From NCBI RefSeq assembly GCF_037042905.1, contig NC_087245.1, positions 3,536,001 to 3,600,000 of the forward strand: a stretch of DNA of 64,000 bases, given 5' to 3'. Made by a program: the position numbers and the translations under genes. Positions 13,201-24,978 of the stretch are shown in pieces. The stretch comes from Lytechinus pictus. Its lineage: Eukaryota. Positions within the stretch are counted from its first letter, which is position 1. Every line of letters begins with the position of its first letter. A model generated the notes under the pieces. The model saw only the letters and a program-made list of their open reading frames with translations. It was not told where the DNA came from and did no database searches.

Positions 13201-16200
13201 TGTCCTTTAAGACAGCCTATTTGTCAGTTTAAACTAGTAGAAAGGTAATGGATGATTTATCAGGATTATTCTGGCCATTCATAATGACATATGCCAGTCT
13301 TTCCCCGCACCTAAAAATAATTTGTTCAAGCAATTCATATCTACTTCTAGGCATATAGCTTACTTCAGTTATAGAGATGTAGCAAGTAAAGAAGTGCAAA
13401 AGCCCAAATGGTATTAAAGTGATGGTCTTTCAATCTAGCAACCTTTCTTTGACAGCCGGTTGGCACTTTAGTGACCTATTTAAGGCATTTATCCTCTTTA
13501 CCAGCCTTCAGAGAGTACCTTTTGTTGTCTCTTCTCATATTGCATAATAACAAGCATTTTTTTGGTAGTGCAAGTACATATACCTGTACAGAATGATATC
13601 TACCACTACCACCACTTTAATAATGTTAATAAACATTATCAGGGATTTAGCTGATATTTGTGTTTTCATATCTAATATATTACTGGTATTCATTATTTTA
13701 TGTTCATTCATCATTTGTATTGATTTGTAAACTTATCCTACTGTTTATATGGGATTAAGATTGTATTTCTGTAAATGTCAGAAAATGAAAGTTTAAAAAG
13801 ATACATGTATGTCTTTTCTTGGGTTTGTGCAAATTAACCAAAACAATCTTGACACAATGGCTGATGTAAAATAAAGTAACATATTACAAGACCAAATATC
13901 CATGAATGATTGAAATATATTTCCAATGGAAACTGCAGTAAAAATGATAAAAATGGAAGAGTCATTTCATATGAAACTATGACACAGGAAAAAAATTGGT
14001 AATTTGTCATATTTCAAAGAATTTGTTTAAATTGTCTTTATTTTGTGGTGAATCTCTTCTCATATTATAAAATATTTTGCAGTCTTGAATTAGCATTGCT
14101 ATATTCAAATTATGAAAGGAACGATCTTTATATTATGTTTTGTTATAGAGAGAAAGACCAGCATATTTTGGGTACATTCTTTTTTAAGAAATTGTCCTTC
14201 ACACAACATGTACATTTGTTTTCAAGTATAGTTATGATCTAATGTTATGCAATAATGTTAAAAATAAGACACATGATTCTTTTCCCAATATAATGTCAGA
14301 TATCTTTATGTTTTAGTTTTATGTCTTTAATTGTTATCTTTTAACAGCATAGACCACTTCCTTTTATAGGGATCCATAAGACCCTAAAAGCAATCATAAA
14401 AGGGTAGATATTGACCAAGGGTCAAACTTCTCATTTGAATGAGATATAAAGAAATAGGTCCTGTTTAAATGAACATGAAAATAGGTTAAACTTAAAGAGC
14501 CTTGTATTAAATATGGTATTTTGCAATCAGTCTCAGTTCAATTCACATCAATCAGTAATCCATTTAATTATTATTGATTGTTAATAATTGATTATTAATA
14601 TTTGTAGTAATTATTGTAAGGATTATTGTATTTGTAGTAAGAATAATTGATTTTTTGTTAATATTAAGTTGGAAGTTGGCTCTAAGCTGACATGGGAATG
14701 GTGGGGAGAGCTTTGTGAAAGACTAAAGCCTTCATAAAGGTCTAATATTATGTTTAAGGGACTATATAAATCTAACATTCCATTCTTACACAAGTATAAT
14801 TTTCTTTTGAATATCTGTGAAATTTGAAATTGAAAGATGATATTAAAGTAATTTTGATGATTTTCAAAAAAGATTACATGTACCTCAAATGACTAATGGA
14901 ATTATTGTATATCAGAAAGCAATAATGTATAAAAATTATATACAAAAATGTCATCCCATTCCATCCAGAAAGCTGACAACTGAAATTAACACATTAGAAA
15001 TGTAAATAGTGCAAGGCAAACAAGTGGGTCATACCAGAAAGTTAAATTAAAAATACTTGTAAGGGAACTATTACAGTGCGTCCCACAAAAAACGAAACCA
15101 AGATTTATCGATGATTTATCATAACTTAATCACAAATACAATAGACAAATGACCTACCATTGTAAAGCTTAGAATCTCCTCTTTCATCTGAAATTACTTA
15201 GATTATTTTTCATTCACGCATGAGTGAGCAAAAACAATTTGAAGAGGGGATACCAAAAAGTCATTTGGCGGGCTTTATCTGAGTTTAAAAAAGAAAACCA
15301 CATTTTTAAAAAGTTCAATATCTGCTCTTTAATTTGATACCTCAATTACAAAAATGATCAAGAAATTACAAAGTTCTGGTTATTTGAAATAAGGCTTGAA
15401 TTTCAATAATTTCATAAAATGAAGAGGTTTTACAGGGTAGTGTTCAAACTCACTTGACACTCCGTTTTGTTGACGATCAGCCATGCATTAAGTCTTTTGT
15501 TAACCATGCGATAGCTTCTGTGGGAAACCGGTGAAAACACGTTTATTTAATGAAATTATGGAGATACAAGCATTGTTTTGAGGGAACATAACTTTTTTAC
15601 TTCTTGACCATTTTTTGTGATTAAGATATCAAATAAATAGAGCAGATATTGAACTTTTTAGGCATGTAATTTCCTATTTGAAATTCAGATACCCCCCCCC
15701 CCCCGCCAAATGGGTTTTTGCTCACTCATGCATGAATGAGGAATAATCTAAGTAATATCAGATGAAAGAAGAGATTCTAAGCTTTACATTGGTAGGTCAT
15801 TTGTCTATTGTATTTGTGATTAAGTTATGATAAATCATCGCTTAATCTCGGTTTTGTTTTTTCTGGGACGCACTGTATAATATCTTTCTGTTTTTTTTTT
15901 ATTATTTTAATTTTTTCTGAGTATTAGATTTTAGATTACATCTGTCCCAGGAGTTGTGTTTATACTATTGAATTTTATGTGACCATGAAATCAAACTCTC
16001 ATCTCAAATTTGTATTGCCCTATCCCTACAAGCAGGGTTGGCACGTTTTAAACGGTGTGTTTTAAAACATGTTTTAAAACGCGTTTTAAAACACCCGGTT
16101 TTTTTACAAAAAAAACGTGTTTTAAAACGCCTCATAGACTTGTGTGTTATAAATATGCATGGTCATGGATGTGATTTTAGATTAATATATTTTTTTTTTC

Positions 16201-19200
16201 TTTTATTTCTTAAGTGGTATATTATTTTCTTCTAACTAAATCTCTTTTTCAACACCACTCTTTCCTTCTTAATCCCCCTTTCTCCATCACTTTGTCATGT
16301 TCCTTGAAATCCTCTTGTTCAATTGTGCACATCAATCTATAGAATATTCTCATTATAACAAACATCTGAGTGTTGTGCTCACTTTTTAGACAGGGAAAGA
16401 AACACTATTTAAAATAAGCTCAAATGTGTAATTGTATTCTTGAGGTACATACAAAAGCAGGTGAAACTTTGCGCTACGTAAAGATGAAGAAAAGTAGTTT
16501 AATTCAGTATAAGATTGTAGGCTAGCAAACCTTAAAGGACAGTCCACCCCAAGAAAAATACATGTATATGCTGACATTTTTCTTTAAAATCGGATGTAAA
16601 ATGATAAAGTTATGACATTTTAAAGTTTTGCTTAATTATGCAAAACAATTAGATATCTTGGTCGGTATGCAAATGAGGGGACTAATGACATCACTCACTC
16701 ACTATTTATTTTGTATTTCGTTATTTTATCATTGTCATGTGAAATAAAGTTTTATTCCTCCCTGAACATGTGGAACTACCATTGTTTTTAACATTTTTGG
16801 GGTCAGTCAAGTAGGTCATTATTATCAAATCTGTAAAAATTGAAATTGTATTGTTCAAACAATAAAAAACAAAATAAATAGTGAGGAACATCATCGACTC
16901 TTTCATTTGCATATCACTGAGATGGTTGGTATTACTGTTTTGTGAAAAATAAGCGAAACTTTAAAGTGTCATACATGTAACTTATTTCACATTTGATTTT
17001 GATGAAATTTTCAGCATTATGCTTGTTTGAATTTTCTCTACTGATTGAAATCAACATTTTTCTGGGGTGGACCTGACCTTTAACCCTAACAATCCCAGGG
17101 GACCGTAATGGCCCCCTAAAAATTTTCTATGATGAATCCATGAGCACGACAGGGCCACGCCATATTGTTCAAGACTATTTTGGGGATGCATGCATCGGTA
17201 TGTGATTATGATATTACACAAGTGCATGTCAGACCCCGAATTGCTCAATAACGTGATTTCATGTACATGTATAAAGCCAATGTGAATTTTTTGCCAACAT
17301 TCGTACCTGTACCAATATTTGTACATGATTGGAAAATTATCGCCAATAATTTCCATTTAAAAAAAACCTAACCAAAAAAACTGTTCATAAGAAATATATA
17401 AAAAAAAGTTAAAACAAACACTAAAAAACATTTTTATTACAAATCTTCAATTAAAGAAATAAGGGCTTTATTTATAGATTTAAACCCAAACTTGTATTTC
17501 ATGCACTAAAATTGGTTTAATTTATTAAAATGAAATGAAGAATATTGATTAAATGATATCAAGCTTTGAAAGCCCATAGTCTTTAGATTATGTCATTTTC
17601 TTACATTGTGCAAATTCTTCTCACCCCCTAGATTGACAAGACTCAAATGTATGTACATGTATGAGGAATAAACTTATAAAATGTCAATGTACTTTTTTGC
17701 ATTCAATTTCAATGATTTAGTAATTTTTGGGAAAATATGAACTTTTCTTTTGGAAATTCAGTGAGAAAAATTGTAGTTATCTCTTACTTACTCAAAAAAT
17801 GTATTTAAAACATCAAGAGCTTAAATAATACAGTATTAAATGTATAGTTTAATTGATTTACAGAAAATTTCATCGTTCGTTGGGGGAAAAAAACGTTTTA
17901 AAACGATTTAAAACGTTTTAAAACAATAAAAAACGTTTTATTTGTTTTTTTTAATAAAAAACGTTTTTTATTACAACCCTGCCTACAAGTACCATGACTC
18001 TAATGCATGCTCATCTCTTGAAGCATTTAATTATAGGGGCAGAATACGTGCTTTGAAAGGCATTTAGTGTTTTTAAATACTTTTCATATTTCTTTCTTGA
18101 CCCTTCCTCATTGTCTGATAAATGTTGAACTATGTCCTGTAACAAATGATGTCATAGTCTGTCTTGTCGAATATCACAATAGTTTTTTTTTTGCATTTAT
18201 TACTTACAAACAGTATACAAATTATAACACTCCTTATTAATCTTGTGTAATTATATGGTATTTATAAAGATTAAATGATCTGAAAGTGACTTTGCACAAT
18301 TGACTGCTGGTATGTGCTCATTGGTACTACTTGAGACCTTACTGGTAGTGTCAGTTTCATGACACCCTCTCTACCAGCATGGTATGAGGAAAATTAAATA
18401 AAAGTAATTACCTAAAAATAATCAAAGGATTATAATTAGTGTTCATATTCCTAAAAGGGCAGCGCTTTTTATATAAAAAATTTGTTTAGTGCTTGCTTTT
18501 ATTTTTTATTTTATTTATTTTTTGTTTGGTCATTTGAGAAAGTGTGCACACCATAAATGTTAAGGATTTGTTTCTTTAAATACTGAATTAGAACAAGGAG
18601 ATTCCATAAATACCTTTATGACTCTGACTGCCTTTTGCATTATATTGCCCCCTTTATTTAATGAGATATTCAGTTTTGAGTGTGTCATTCAACTTTTCTT
18701 GGTAATTTTATTCTATTTTAAAAGTTATTTTTGTATTATTCAATGCCATTTAATGTTCTCTTTATTCACATAAATATGTTTGAAAGGAAAAGTTTATCTG
18801 GTCATCAAAGTGTTATTTCCTTTTTGTTTGTTTTTTGTTTTCTTTCATTCTGATATTGTATTTTGAATATATTATGATTATTTGCAATGAACTGAAATTT
18901 ACTATTGTTATGAGTGTAATTGTGTTCCTGGAAATGAAATTGAATAAATAAATAAATAAATAAATGAATAAATAAATAAATAAATAAAATAGATAAAGGG
19001 CAACCAAGTTTGAATACCCATGTTGCTAAATGTAAATACAAAACCATATTAATGTTTTCCCCATATGATGTTTTAATTTGACTTCATAAACCAATTTAAA
19101 GCTAAGATTTAGCTCTAAAAAGTGAAATATGAGAGAAACCTCTAAAATTACTTTACGTTAATTTAATTTTAAGTTAAAATTACTTATGTTTATCATGAAC

Positions 19201-22200
19201 TTATCAAAATTTTATTACTTCAGCTACCAAAACTGTAAAGGAATGTAAATAGTCTCTCTAACAATTAAAGCTCAGAGCCAAAAGTCTCTAAATATTGGTA
19301 ATCATATTAGTGTTAACATTTCTCAGTAAATTTGGGCTACCAGTAGTTTCATTAATGAACAACACTTTATGTTGATTATTTAAAAGAAAATTGCTTAATC
19401 AATAGGAGGTGATATCACCAAACACTTTTCACAATATTACACAAAGTCCATTAACTATCGGCAGTATAAATACTGGTTATTTTTATCTGATCAATAGGGT
19501 ATTCGTGTCTGAAAATAATCATATATAAATATAAAATTTACAAATTAAAGTGCTGAAAATCTGATAATGACAAAGTTATTCAATATGAAAGTACTGTAAC
19601 ATTTTATAAAAATGATATGTATGCATTCATTAATATGAAATACTAGCAGGTGAGCTGATGATGTCATACCCCCACTCAATAAATCATTATATATATGTGT
19701 GTATGATATGTCTCCTTGTTATAGTTGCAACAATTATTATCCTACATAATGAATCAGTATTCTTGAAGGACAAAATTTGTATAAATACAATTTGACATAA
19801 CAAAATACAAAAAAAATAAGTAGGGATATGACATCATCAGCTTGCGCATTGCATATTCATGGAGATATACAATGAACTGTTCACCAATATCCATTCCCAA
19901 TTTATAATATCATAACTTTGTTTTTCCTTATCCAGTTTTTGATGAAATATTCCATGTTTTATTTGTCTGATTTCAATTTATCTGTTCAAATAATATTATT
20001 TTCTGCCTGGTATACCTCAACCCTCTTTGATACCTGTTAATTCCTGGTTACATGGAGCCTTTATATAATTGCAGTTCTAAAATAAGATGTGCATTATTTT
20101 TCCCTTGTGGGTTGAGAACTTTGTATTGACGGATTGAGTTTGACATACAATGTTTGAAAGGCTAAGAATATATTTCTTTTCTTCTTCATACAGATCTCTT
20201 CTATTCCTAGGCTCTCTCTTCATTGTAGCAGCCGTTTCTATATTTGCCAGGGCAATTCCAGATCTGATAGCAAATACAGAGACCATAAGTGTGAGTAAAT
20301 GTGTTTCATACATACTACCCCCAAATGAATAAATAAATTGAAAGTTATCAATGCTTTAAGAATAACCTTAAGTATATAACCTTAAGTATTCATTAATCTA
20401 TGACACATGCGTGTTTTAGGGTTTTTTTTTAGCTGAGACCCCGCTTTCATCTGATTCAACTTAATATGACATGAATGCTGCACGTATGAGTGAGTAAAAA
20501 AGATTGGAGAGAGGGTACCAAAAAGATGTTTAGCGCTTGGTTTCTGTATTTCAAAGGAAAATAAAATTTCTAAAAATGTCATTATGTGCTCTTTGATAAT
20601 CATATGACACCTTAGTAAAAAAAAATAAGCAAGAAATAACACAGTTCTGGTTTCTTTAGTGTAGGTCTTGCATACGTTCATTCGTTATTTAATGCCATGC
20701 TATTTCCAATTTGTCCATGCCATTTTGTTGATGTGTTATCAATCTTATTTGTTGAAAATTGAAGTAGCATTTCAAAATGTCTTCTTTCTTCTTTTTTTTT
20801 GCAGGGTATGTGGCTAATGATTCTTGCTGGAGTGAGTGTATTTATTTGTTCAACATTAGCTATTCTAAAATTCATCATTGCTAAGAAATTAGACAGTACA
20901 AGTATCCAGTCAGATGGTAAGTACATAATCAAAATTGAAATTTAGCATGCCAGAAGTTGTATACTTCACTTGGTAAAGGAATGACATCTTAGTTTATGAA
21001 ATTGATGCTCAAGCACCCTATGCCAACATGCCACCCTTTTTTCATGATCTCAAGTTTTTTTTATTTTGTTCAATTATAAAAAAAAAAAGATGGTACAGGT
21101 AATCTCATGAAGTGCAAGTACTCAGTGAACAAAGTCCATGATATTGAAGTGTTTCATTTGTTTTACGAACATACTGTCTGTAATGTGCCATAAGGGTTTA
21201 CTACACTCTCGACATGCAACAGTATCACATAAATACCATGGAGCTTCAACATTTCTGGTATATTATTAGAGTAAAACCTTTGTTTGTATCTACGGGAAAT
21301 GCAGTGAGGTGACAATCTCTAAAGTAAAAAAGCATTTATCATTTGTTTTGCTTTCCTTTATCATTAGAAGATTCTTGAATAGTGACAGCGTTTCCTTTAT
21401 CATAAACTTGCTGAACAGATATATCTTCAGCTGTCATTGACCTAAACTCTGAGTTTATCTTGGCCATATAGTCCATTATTAAATTTCTGGGCCCCGTCTT
21501 ACAAAGAGTTACGATTGATCCGATCAACCCCAACTATATAGAAATCCACCATTGTCATAATTTTTTCTACAGGAAATTTATACCATTTCATTTGTAAACA
21601 AAGAGAATCACAATGAATCTTTAAGAGAATGATTAATGTATGAGTATACATCATATCTGGAAAATATTTTGAACAAACATGCAGTTTCGATGTTGACGTT
21701 GCTGGCCGTCCATAGTTGTGATTGATATTGGATCAAACGTAACTCTTTGTAAGTGGTCTTTCTTTTCTATCCTTTAGGCTACAGCTCGTTAGCTGGGGGG
21801 ATCACAGCTCTCTCCATGCTCATCAGTACGACAATCATCCATTTTGATTACCATGTTTGGTATCTAGATGAGATCGTTGGTATCGTGGTTGGTCTTCTTC
21901 TTACAGCCTATGGAATCAAGTAAGTGTAGGGATCCATGAATGTTAATTCTACTTCATAGTCATATCGTCAGCCCTAACCCTTACCACTTTAAAACACAAT
22001 TAAAACTTATTGCATTTGCTTTCTCTGGATCTCACTGTCATGAAGAGGTTAAAAGATGCAATACTTACATATAGGCATGTATAGTCCAAATATTACAAAT
22101 TGTCTCCAACTTATTAAACCAACATTTCAAATGTGCTTTCATTCAGAATTTGATACAAGTTGTATTTGCTTGATTCATGATTCTATTTTCAATTTTTCCA

Positions 22201-22449
22201 GTCGGAATTTATTAGGATTGCTTTTACTTTAATTGGTTTGAGTAAATTGATTTTATGTTAGTTTAAAGCGGCTAAATTGGTAATGACGTATATTGTTGCA
22301 GATGCAATAGAAATACTAAGTTTTGAGGGGAAAAAAAGCATTTAAAACTTCTTTATGCTTTATATCAATTTTACAGATTACTGGTGGAAGTGACACAGAG
22401 CTCAGATTTGAAAATTTCCTTGAAATCTTGTCTTCCGCAACAAAAGTAA
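10116..22449 (+). CDS. TMEM163: TMEM163-like transmembrane protein (CDF/ZnT-related zinc transporter), 8 coding exons, 287 aa; join(10116..10293,11395..11517,11866..11909,12238..12332,20194..20290,20805..20916,21778..21919,22377..22449)
   Basis: All 7 introns are GT-AG with matching phases (1,1,0,2,0,1,2). The spliced CDS is 864 nt, ATG to TAA. The translation matches TMEM163 motifs as recalled: WRSAALAVSWASVV, SSAAFGFGFDCLLDVGTSVVVIWRF, LAILKFIIAKKLDS..IQSDG, VWYLDEIVG..TAYGIKLL. About six hydrophobic segments. In-frame TAA at 10095 lies upstream of the ATG. Confidence 0.93.
10346..10702 (+). mobile_element. HINE/DINE-1-like (Helentron-associated) element
   Basis: Starts in a T-run with tgtctcacctgcat; subterminal inverted atgcagggaagac near the 3' end; homologous copy at 62424. 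Confidence 0.55.
11395..11517 (+). CDS. TMEM163: TMEM163-like coding exon 2 (TM1: RWRSAALAVSWASVVGLLIVGILSF)
   Basis: cctttag| acceptor, G|gtaagc donor; similarity to TMEM163 TM1. Confidence 0.9.
11866..11909 (+). CDS. TMEM163: TMEM163-like coding exon 3 (VAETTQSSAAFGFG)
   Basis: ttttccaacag| acceptor, GGT|gtaagt donor; SxxAFGF motif. Confidence 0.9.
12238..12332 (+). CDS. TMEM163: TMEM163-like coding exon 4 (FDCLLDVGTSVVVIWRFTGSLGSVYSEKKER)
   Basis: tttttcag| acceptor, AT|gtaagt donor; DxxxD metal-site motif and the WR[F/Y] signature. Confidence 0.93.
12616..13206. mobile_element. Kolobok-type non-autonomous element, family A
   Basis: TTAA|AGGTCAAGTCCACCCC ... GGGGTGGACTTGTCCT|TTAA; homologous to 16536 and 28843. 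Confidence 0.88.
15074..15875. mobile_element. Tc1/mariner-type foldback MITE with ~300-bp inverted arms
   Basis: TA|CAGTGCGTCCCA ... TGGGACGCACTG|TA; long, highly similar inverted arms. Confidence 0.9.
16033..17981. mobile_element. Non-autonomous hAT element with nested insertions
   Basis: CAGGGTTG ... CAACCCTG ends; perfect 8-bp TSD CCTACAAG (16025-16032 and 17982-17989); subterminal aaacgttttaaaa repeats at both ends. Confidence 0.9.
16536..17079. mobile_element. Kolobok-type family A element nested in the hAT
   Basis: TTAA|AGGACAGTCCACCCC ... GGGGTGGACCTGACCT|TTAA. Confidence 0.85.
20194..20290 (+). CDS. TMEM163: TMEM163-like coding exon 5 (SLLFLGSLFIVAAVSIFARAIPDLIANTETIS)
   Basis: cttcatacag| acceptor, AGT|gtgagt donor; phase 2 in, phase 0 out. 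Confidence 0.9.
20805..20916 (+). CDS. TMEM163: TMEM163-like coding exon 6 (GMWLMILAGVSVFICSTLAILKFIIAKKLDSTSIQSD)
   Basis: ttttttgcag| acceptor, G|gtaagt donor; LKF..(A/G)K.L.S.....DG motif. Confidence 0.92.
21487..21753. mobile_element. MITE with truncated right TIR, next to the exon 7 acceptor
   Basis: gggccccgtcttacaaagagttacgattgatc ... gatcaaacgtaactctttgtaag inverted repeat. Confidence 0.75.
21778..21919 (+). CDS. TMEM163: TMEM163-like coding exon 7 (YSSLAGGITALSMLISTTIIHFDYHVWYLDEIVGIVVGLLLTAYGI)
   Basis: tcctttag| acceptor, AA|gtaagt donor; VWYLD and AYG.K motifs. Confidence 0.93.
22377..22449 (+). CDS. TMEM163: TMEM163-like terminal coding exon (LLVEVTQSSDLKISLKSCLPQQK*)
   Basis: ttttacag| acceptor in phase 2 gives YGIKLL, as in TMEM163; TAA at 22447-22449. 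Confidence 0.85.
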
Positions 22450-23907
22450 TCAAGTCATCTAGAATGGAGTTCTCATCCAGTGCAACAGTGGGACAGCTTA
22501 TATATAGACTACAGTAATGCATTTGAGAAGAGGAAGGCTTAAGAAAAGCACAATAATCCTGAAATGAATATTTTCTACTTCATGCCCTTGCCAAATTAAG
22601 AAATCAATTGACAATTGAGTTATTTTGACAACCGTAGTCCATTACTGTGCCTGCATGCAAGCATGGAATTATTTGCTGGAAGCAAATCATCCGAGAAGAA
22701 AGGGTTTCCTGAATAAATCCTGTACTGTACTCAGCTACAGAGGGCAGCATTGATGATTGTGATTTTTTTTTTAAACAAAGGTCCTTCCAGGTTTCTGCCA
22801 TGGGCCTAAAACATTTCCCATAGACTCGTGTGTTAAAGTGGCATTTGAAAAAAAATCATAAAAATAAGGATGAAATATGGGGGTCAAATGTTTACTAACA
22901 GTGGATAGGATATATATCTGACAAGAAATATCTGACCAGAAAAGGTTCCCTCCACCGGCACATTTTAAAAAATAAATCAGCATTTATGAAGACATCTCCT
23001 GAGGGCTCAAATTCATCACCTGAAACAGTAACATGGCCCTAATCCTTACACCAGTCAAATGTAGTTTCCAAAGTTGGTGATATTTCTTCCCAATTGGAAA
23101 AAAGAAGTTCAGAATGGGTTGGCTCGAATAAATATCATTTGCCTTCCGGTTGTTAATAGGCCCGTGTGACCTCCATTCTCCGTGTATGTACAAATTTTTG
23201 TTAAAAAGTTTGATGCAGGGAATCATAAATAACACTGTAATGCATATTTCATGCAATACACCCCTGTTTATATTGCAGGGAAGGTTTAAGACGGTTGTGT
23301 TGTCACCCACAAAAGACTATTTCACTTTAAGAATACCACCATTCTGTTTCAGTGGTGACCACAATCATTTTTCATATGTGTATTCTGTTACACAGATTAC
23401 CCTCAAACTCTGATCAATATTTTTTGATCAGGCATTTTCAACGTATTTCATTATGAGTTAAATAATATTGTCAGTACAAATGGGCCAGCATGCCCTCTAT
23501 GTTAATGTTTATGAAACACAACGCATACTGAAGTCAGATATAATAGTGATGTATTTGACTTTCTGTAGAATTCTCAGATATTTATTTACTTTAACCAGTC
23601 AAAGCAATAATTTACCATAATATTTGAAGTGCCATACAATGCTAAAAGTGTGTTATTTTGCAAAATTTTGAATGCTTCCTGTAAAATATATAGAACTAGG
23701 TACAAATTAATGTTATAATATATTTAATACTAAGAAGATATTGTCTTAAACTGTTGACTAGTGCATGTATATCACAATTTTACATGAAAAATATGTAAAT
23801 AGACTAATGTCAAAGGCCATCATACATTATATTGTATAAAAGTAATAGCAATTTCAGATGTGATATATCAGCCTTTGTCTTGCAATCCAGTGACTGGGTT
23901 TGATTCC

Positions 23908-24172
23908 CATTTGGTCATCTCTTGCAGAGGACATTAAGGCATTTGGTCATCTCTTGCAGAGGACATTAAGGCATTTGGTCATCTCTTGCAGAGGACATTA
24001 AGGCATTTGGTCATCTCTTGCAGAGGACATTAAGGCATTTGGTCATCTCTTGCAGAGGACATTAAGGCATTTGGTCATCTCTTGCAGAGGACATTAAGGC
24101 ATTTGGTCATCTCTTGCAGAGGACATTAAGGCATTTGGTCATCTCTTGCATAGGACATTAAGGCATTTGGTC
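23908..24172 (+). repeat. 32-bp minisatellite, 8 full copies plus 9 bp (catttggtcatctcttgcagaggacattaagg)
   Basis: Exact 32-nt periodicity, one substitution (24151), no spacers. Confidence 0.97.
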
Positions 24173-24556
24173 CTCTGGCTACTTGCTTGTAAACATTGAT
24201 GCGTTTTTAGAAATCTGGTTTAAAAAAATGCCCCTCCCACCACCAGTGTATTTGTATTTCTAGTTTGCCGCTATAATATGTAAATATGTACCTATATTTT
24301 TCAAACATGAAATTTTCTCAAGGTAAAAGTTATGCCAAGAAACTCTTTGTGGATGCTTTATGGACTTTTGTAAATTGATAAATATTGATGTATTGAAGCA
24401 TGGTATCATATCATATTCCCAATTTAATTTCTAATTTTATATAGATGTAGCAAGAAATAATGTTGGGGTCCAATATTTTGTTATTAAGTGATATCATGAA
24501 TATTTAATACTTAAGCATGTGATTTGTAGAATGAAAGATTCTTGGGTTTAACAACT

Positions 24557-24978
24557 GGTGAATTGTCATTTGGTGTACAACCACTTTGTTTACTTTCCAT
24601 TTGGTCTCAACCCATATGGTCTAATCCTTGTTAATCTACAACCAAACTGCTCTAACCATTTTGTCTAATTGTCATTTAACCCATTTACCATTTTGTCTAA
24701 TATCCACTTTGTCTAACACCACTCAGTCTATATGGTTAGATGCATTGTTTATTAACCAAAATTTCATTTGACAAAATGCAAAATAAGGCAAAGTGGAAGT
24801 GGAAATAGAATATGTTGGCATAAGACTAAATGATCGGGGTAATAATAAATCTGTAAAGCGCTTAGGCACGTCGTTCTGATGTATTAAGCGCTATATAAAA
24901 GCTGATTATTATTATTACTATTATTGTAGAGTAGGTGATGGTTGAGCCAAACAGTTAAAACTAAATTGACAGTAAACC
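24557..24978. mobile_element. Degenerate foldback element built from short gtctaa/ttagac repeats, interrupted by a SINE/LINE-type tail
   Basis: Repeated (t)gtctaa on the left and tagac/agactaa on the right. The tail aagcgctatataaaa(att)n lies at ~24850-24925. Related to 41905-42310. Confidence 0.45.

Noticed and set aside
22323..22517. 64-aa ORF overlapping the last TMEM163 exon
   Set aside because: Wrong frame; the phase-2 splice uses the frame ending at TAA 22449, which restores YGIKLL.
23908..24172. CRISPR-like 32-bp repeat array
   Set aside because: Units are head-to-tail with no spacers, there are no cas genes, and the context is eukaryotic; it is a minisatellite.
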